In this document: positions 39,962 to 41,914 of the stretch, in pieces
Layout of the letters: each line of letters opens with the position of its first letter
Numbering within the stretch: position 1 is the first letter of the stretch
Assembly (NCBI GenBank): GCA_041305785.1
Contig: JBFYKS010000222.1
Coordinates: forward strand, 1-41,914
Length of the DNA stretch: 41,914 nt
Direction: 5' to 3'
Source: Methanoregula sp.
Lineage (GTDB): Archaea; Halobacteriota; Methanomicrobia; Methanomicrobiales; Methanospirillaceae
Notes under the pieces: model-generated
The model's database searches: none
Told to the model about the DNA's origin: nothing
The model's input: the letters and a program-made list of their open reading frames with translations, nothing else
Position numbers and translations under genes: made by a program

Positions 39962-40341
39962 AACGGAAGTCTCTAACCTGCTGCGGAACCATTGCCCAGA
40001 AGGATGATCCGGCAACCGAACTTCCGGAGCAGATCCAAAAGGAACTCGATGCAATCGGCGGACTCGAAACTCTCGCAAAACGCCTTCCTCCCTCAAATGA
40101 TCTTGAGGATAAGAGCAGGATCTATCAGGCCCTCTCCGATCCCCTCCGTCTCACGATCCTCCACCTGATAAAAGACCAGCCGCTCTGTGTCTGTGTCATC
40201 AACCGGTTCACGCGCCTCTCCGGCTCGAAGCTCTCCTATCACCTGAATATCTTAAAGGAGTGCGGGCTTATCGAAGGTGAATATCACGGAAACTGGATCA
40301 TTTATTCATTGACCAATGCCGGCCGTGAGTATGTCGGGTAG
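39958..40341 (+). CDS. ArsR/SmtB-family metalloregulator
   Basis: ALSDPLRLTIL, LCVC (alpha3 site), SKLSYHLNILKECGLI, N-terminal CC. Confidence 0.93.
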   Translation: MKRKSLTCCGTIAQKDDPATELPEQIQKELDAIGGLETLAKRLPPSNDLEDKSRIYQALSDPLRLTILHLIKDQPLCVCVINRFTRLSGSKLSYHLNILKECGLIEGEYHGNWIIYSLTNAGREYVG

Positions 40342-40414
40342 TCCTGCGACTTGGAAATTTTTTTAGACCCCGAACCGGGATCCTCTTCTGTGAATGAATA
40401 AAAAAGGATTTTTT

Positions 40415-40882
40415 TCAGATCATTTCGGTCTTGACAATGACAACATCCTTGACCGGGCGGTCGCCGGGGCCGGTCTTGGTCTTGCCAATCTTGTCGACAA
40501 CATCCATCCCTTCGACTACTTTGCCGAAGACCGGGTGCTTCCCGTCAAGGAAGTTATTGTTCACGAGGTTGATGAAGAACTGGGACCCGCCGGTGTTGGG
40601 CCCGGCATTTGCCATCGAGATCGTACCGCGATCATTCTTGTTGACGGGCGAGAACTCGTCCTTGATCGCATAGCCCGGGCCGCCGCGTCCGGTGCCGGTT
40701 GGATCGCCGCCCTGGATCATGAACCCGTTGATGACCCGGTGAAAGATCACACCATTGTAGTAGCCTTTCTGTACAAGCGTCTCGAAGTTGCCCGCGGTTA
40801 TGGGCATATCTGCTGCAAGGGCAATGGTTATCGTGCCCATGTTTGTTTCGAGCCTTACGCTCTTGTCTGAAGCAGTTGTCAT
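40415..40882 (-). CDS. Cyclophilin-type peptidyl-prolyl isomerase (cytoplasmic)
   Basis: [46 protein letters not shown]. Confidence 0.96.
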   Translation of the reverse strand: MTTASDKSVRLETNMGTITIALAADMPITAGNFETLVQKGYYNGVIFHRVINGFMIQGGDPTGTGRGGPGYAIKDEFSPVNKNDRGTISMANAGPNTGGSQFFINLVNNNFLDGKHPVFGKVVEGMDVVDKIGKTKTGPGDRPVKDVVIVKTEMI

Positions 40883-41099
40883 AGTACTCCACTACTGTAT
40901 GGAACCTGGTAATTCATCTGTCTTGTGAGTCCGCTCTGATCGTGAGGGGTAAAGACGTGCTCAATGGAGATTCAGTTTTTTCAGCTCCCTTACCCCCAAG
41001 GGAGGGGTTTCCGGTACAAAGGCTCTCATGCAAGAAAACCGGCTGAAAAAAACGGACATACGGTATCCTGGAATTATTCTTACAGAAAAAAATGGGTTT

Positions 41100-41735
41100 T
41101 TAGATCATTACGGCGCGGATGATCGTTACGTTCTGGAGCGGGCGGTAATTACCTGCTTTACCTGATGTCTGAACTTTTGCGATCGCATCCACCACGTCCA
41201 TGCCATCGACAACCTTGCCGAAGACCGGGTGCTTGTTGTCGAGATAATTATTGTCCACGAGGTTGATGAAGAACTGGCTGCTTCCGGTATCTGGTCCTGA
41301 GTTTGCCATCGCTATGGTGCCCCGGTCATTCCGGTTCGTGGTGAGAAACTCATCGGGGATCATGTAGCCCGGGCCGCCGCGTCCGGTGCCGGTTGGATCG
41401 CCGCCCTGGATCATGAACCTGTCCATGACCCGGTGGAAAATTACCCCGTCATAGTATCCCTTCTCAACAAGGCTCTTGAAATTCCCTGCAGTGATGGGCA
41501 TGTCCGGATTGAGCGCGAGGGTGATCTCGCCCATACTCGTCTCAAGACGTGCACGCTCCCAGGATTCGAGTGGCATAGCGGTTGTTGCAGGCTGCATGGA
41601 TTCTGATGGCAGCGGGCATACCCGGCTCCCTCCAGCGTCGCAGGTATCCGCAGGTGCCTGATGGGTGCACCCGGCAGTCAGGAGAAGGGCAGCGATGAAG
41701 GCGCCAAGGATAAGGGTATTCCGGATCGATAACAT
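41100..41735 (-). CDS. Cyclophilin-type peptidyl-prolyl isomerase, lipoprotein
   Basis: Lipobox LLLTAGC, linker, then the same cyclophilin motifs. Confidence 0.93.
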   Translation of the reverse strand: MLSIRNTLILGAFIAALLLTAGCTHQAPADTCDAGGSRVCPLPSESMQPATTAMPLESWERARLETSMGEITLALNPDMPITAGNFKSLVEKGYYDGVIFHRVMDRFMIQGGDPTGTGRGGPGYMIPDEFLTTNRNDRGTIAMANSGPDTGSSQFFINLVDNNYLDNKHPVFGKVVDGMDVVDAIAKVQTSGKAGNYRPLQNVTIIRAVMI

Positions 41736-41797
41736 TCCTGAATGGTTGGTTGAGAAGAAAAAAATAGGTTTTGGAGACAGGATGTTTTTCAGGCCGT

Positions 41798-41914
41798 CTA
41801 CGTATTCCCGTCATCCTTTCGGGAACCGCTAAAGTAGAAGATCCCGCCGATGGCAAGGATCATCGAGATGAACCCGGTCAGGAGGATCATGCTGCCACGG
41901 GAGGTATAGTTGGA
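41798..41914 (-). CDS. C-terminal end of a membrane protein (possibly a transporter); 5' part lies beyond the right edge
   Basis: Open frame SNYTSRGSMILLTGFISMILAIGGIFYFSGSRKDDGNT* with a terminal TM helix. Confidence 0.6.
   Translation of the reverse strand, partial: SNYTSRGSMILLTGFISMILAIGGIFYFSGSRKDDGNT

Overview
This window looks like core chromosome from a methanogenic archaeon, most likely Methanomicrobiales (Methanoregula-like). That assignment is inferred from gene content: SepRS, TYW1, aRF1, archaeal S12/S7/EF-2, AglB and SmsCB. From left to right it holds: (1) a minus-strand N-glycosylation/UDP-GlcNAc cluster (aglB, absent from the ORF track because it runs off the left edge, then GT4, a hexapeptide acyltransferase, glmS, two glmU paralogues and glmM); (2) a DUF364-like gene, a cyclase, pcm and SUF-minimal smsBC; (3) an orphan beta-class DNA methyltransferase, a transglutaminase-like membrane protein, a HAD hydrolase and an mrfB/mrfA (yprB/yprA)-like nuclease-helicase pair; (4) a small DUF2178-DUF2178-XRE module with a duplicated operator; (5) a tightly packed run queD-queE-queC-Nudix-lipoprotein hydrolase-aRF1-argS-tyw1-sepS; (6) rps12-rps7-EF-2; (7) a membrane-anchored serine hydrolase and a solo MglA-like GTPase; (8) a 445-bp convergent intergenic region containing a perfect 26-bp palindrome with a tandem degenerate copy; (9) an ArsR-controlled, Cys-rich metal(loid)/redox operon in which one gene is interrupted by an in-frame TAA; and (10) two cyclophilin paralogues. 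I saw no tRNA, rRNA, CRISPR array or transposase. The best candidates for undescribed biology are the palindromic site at 35.95-36.04 kb, the ArsR/ArsP/DGC/C-GCAxxG-C-C operon and the DUF2178-XRE module. All family calls come from motif recognition by eye; no database searches were run.
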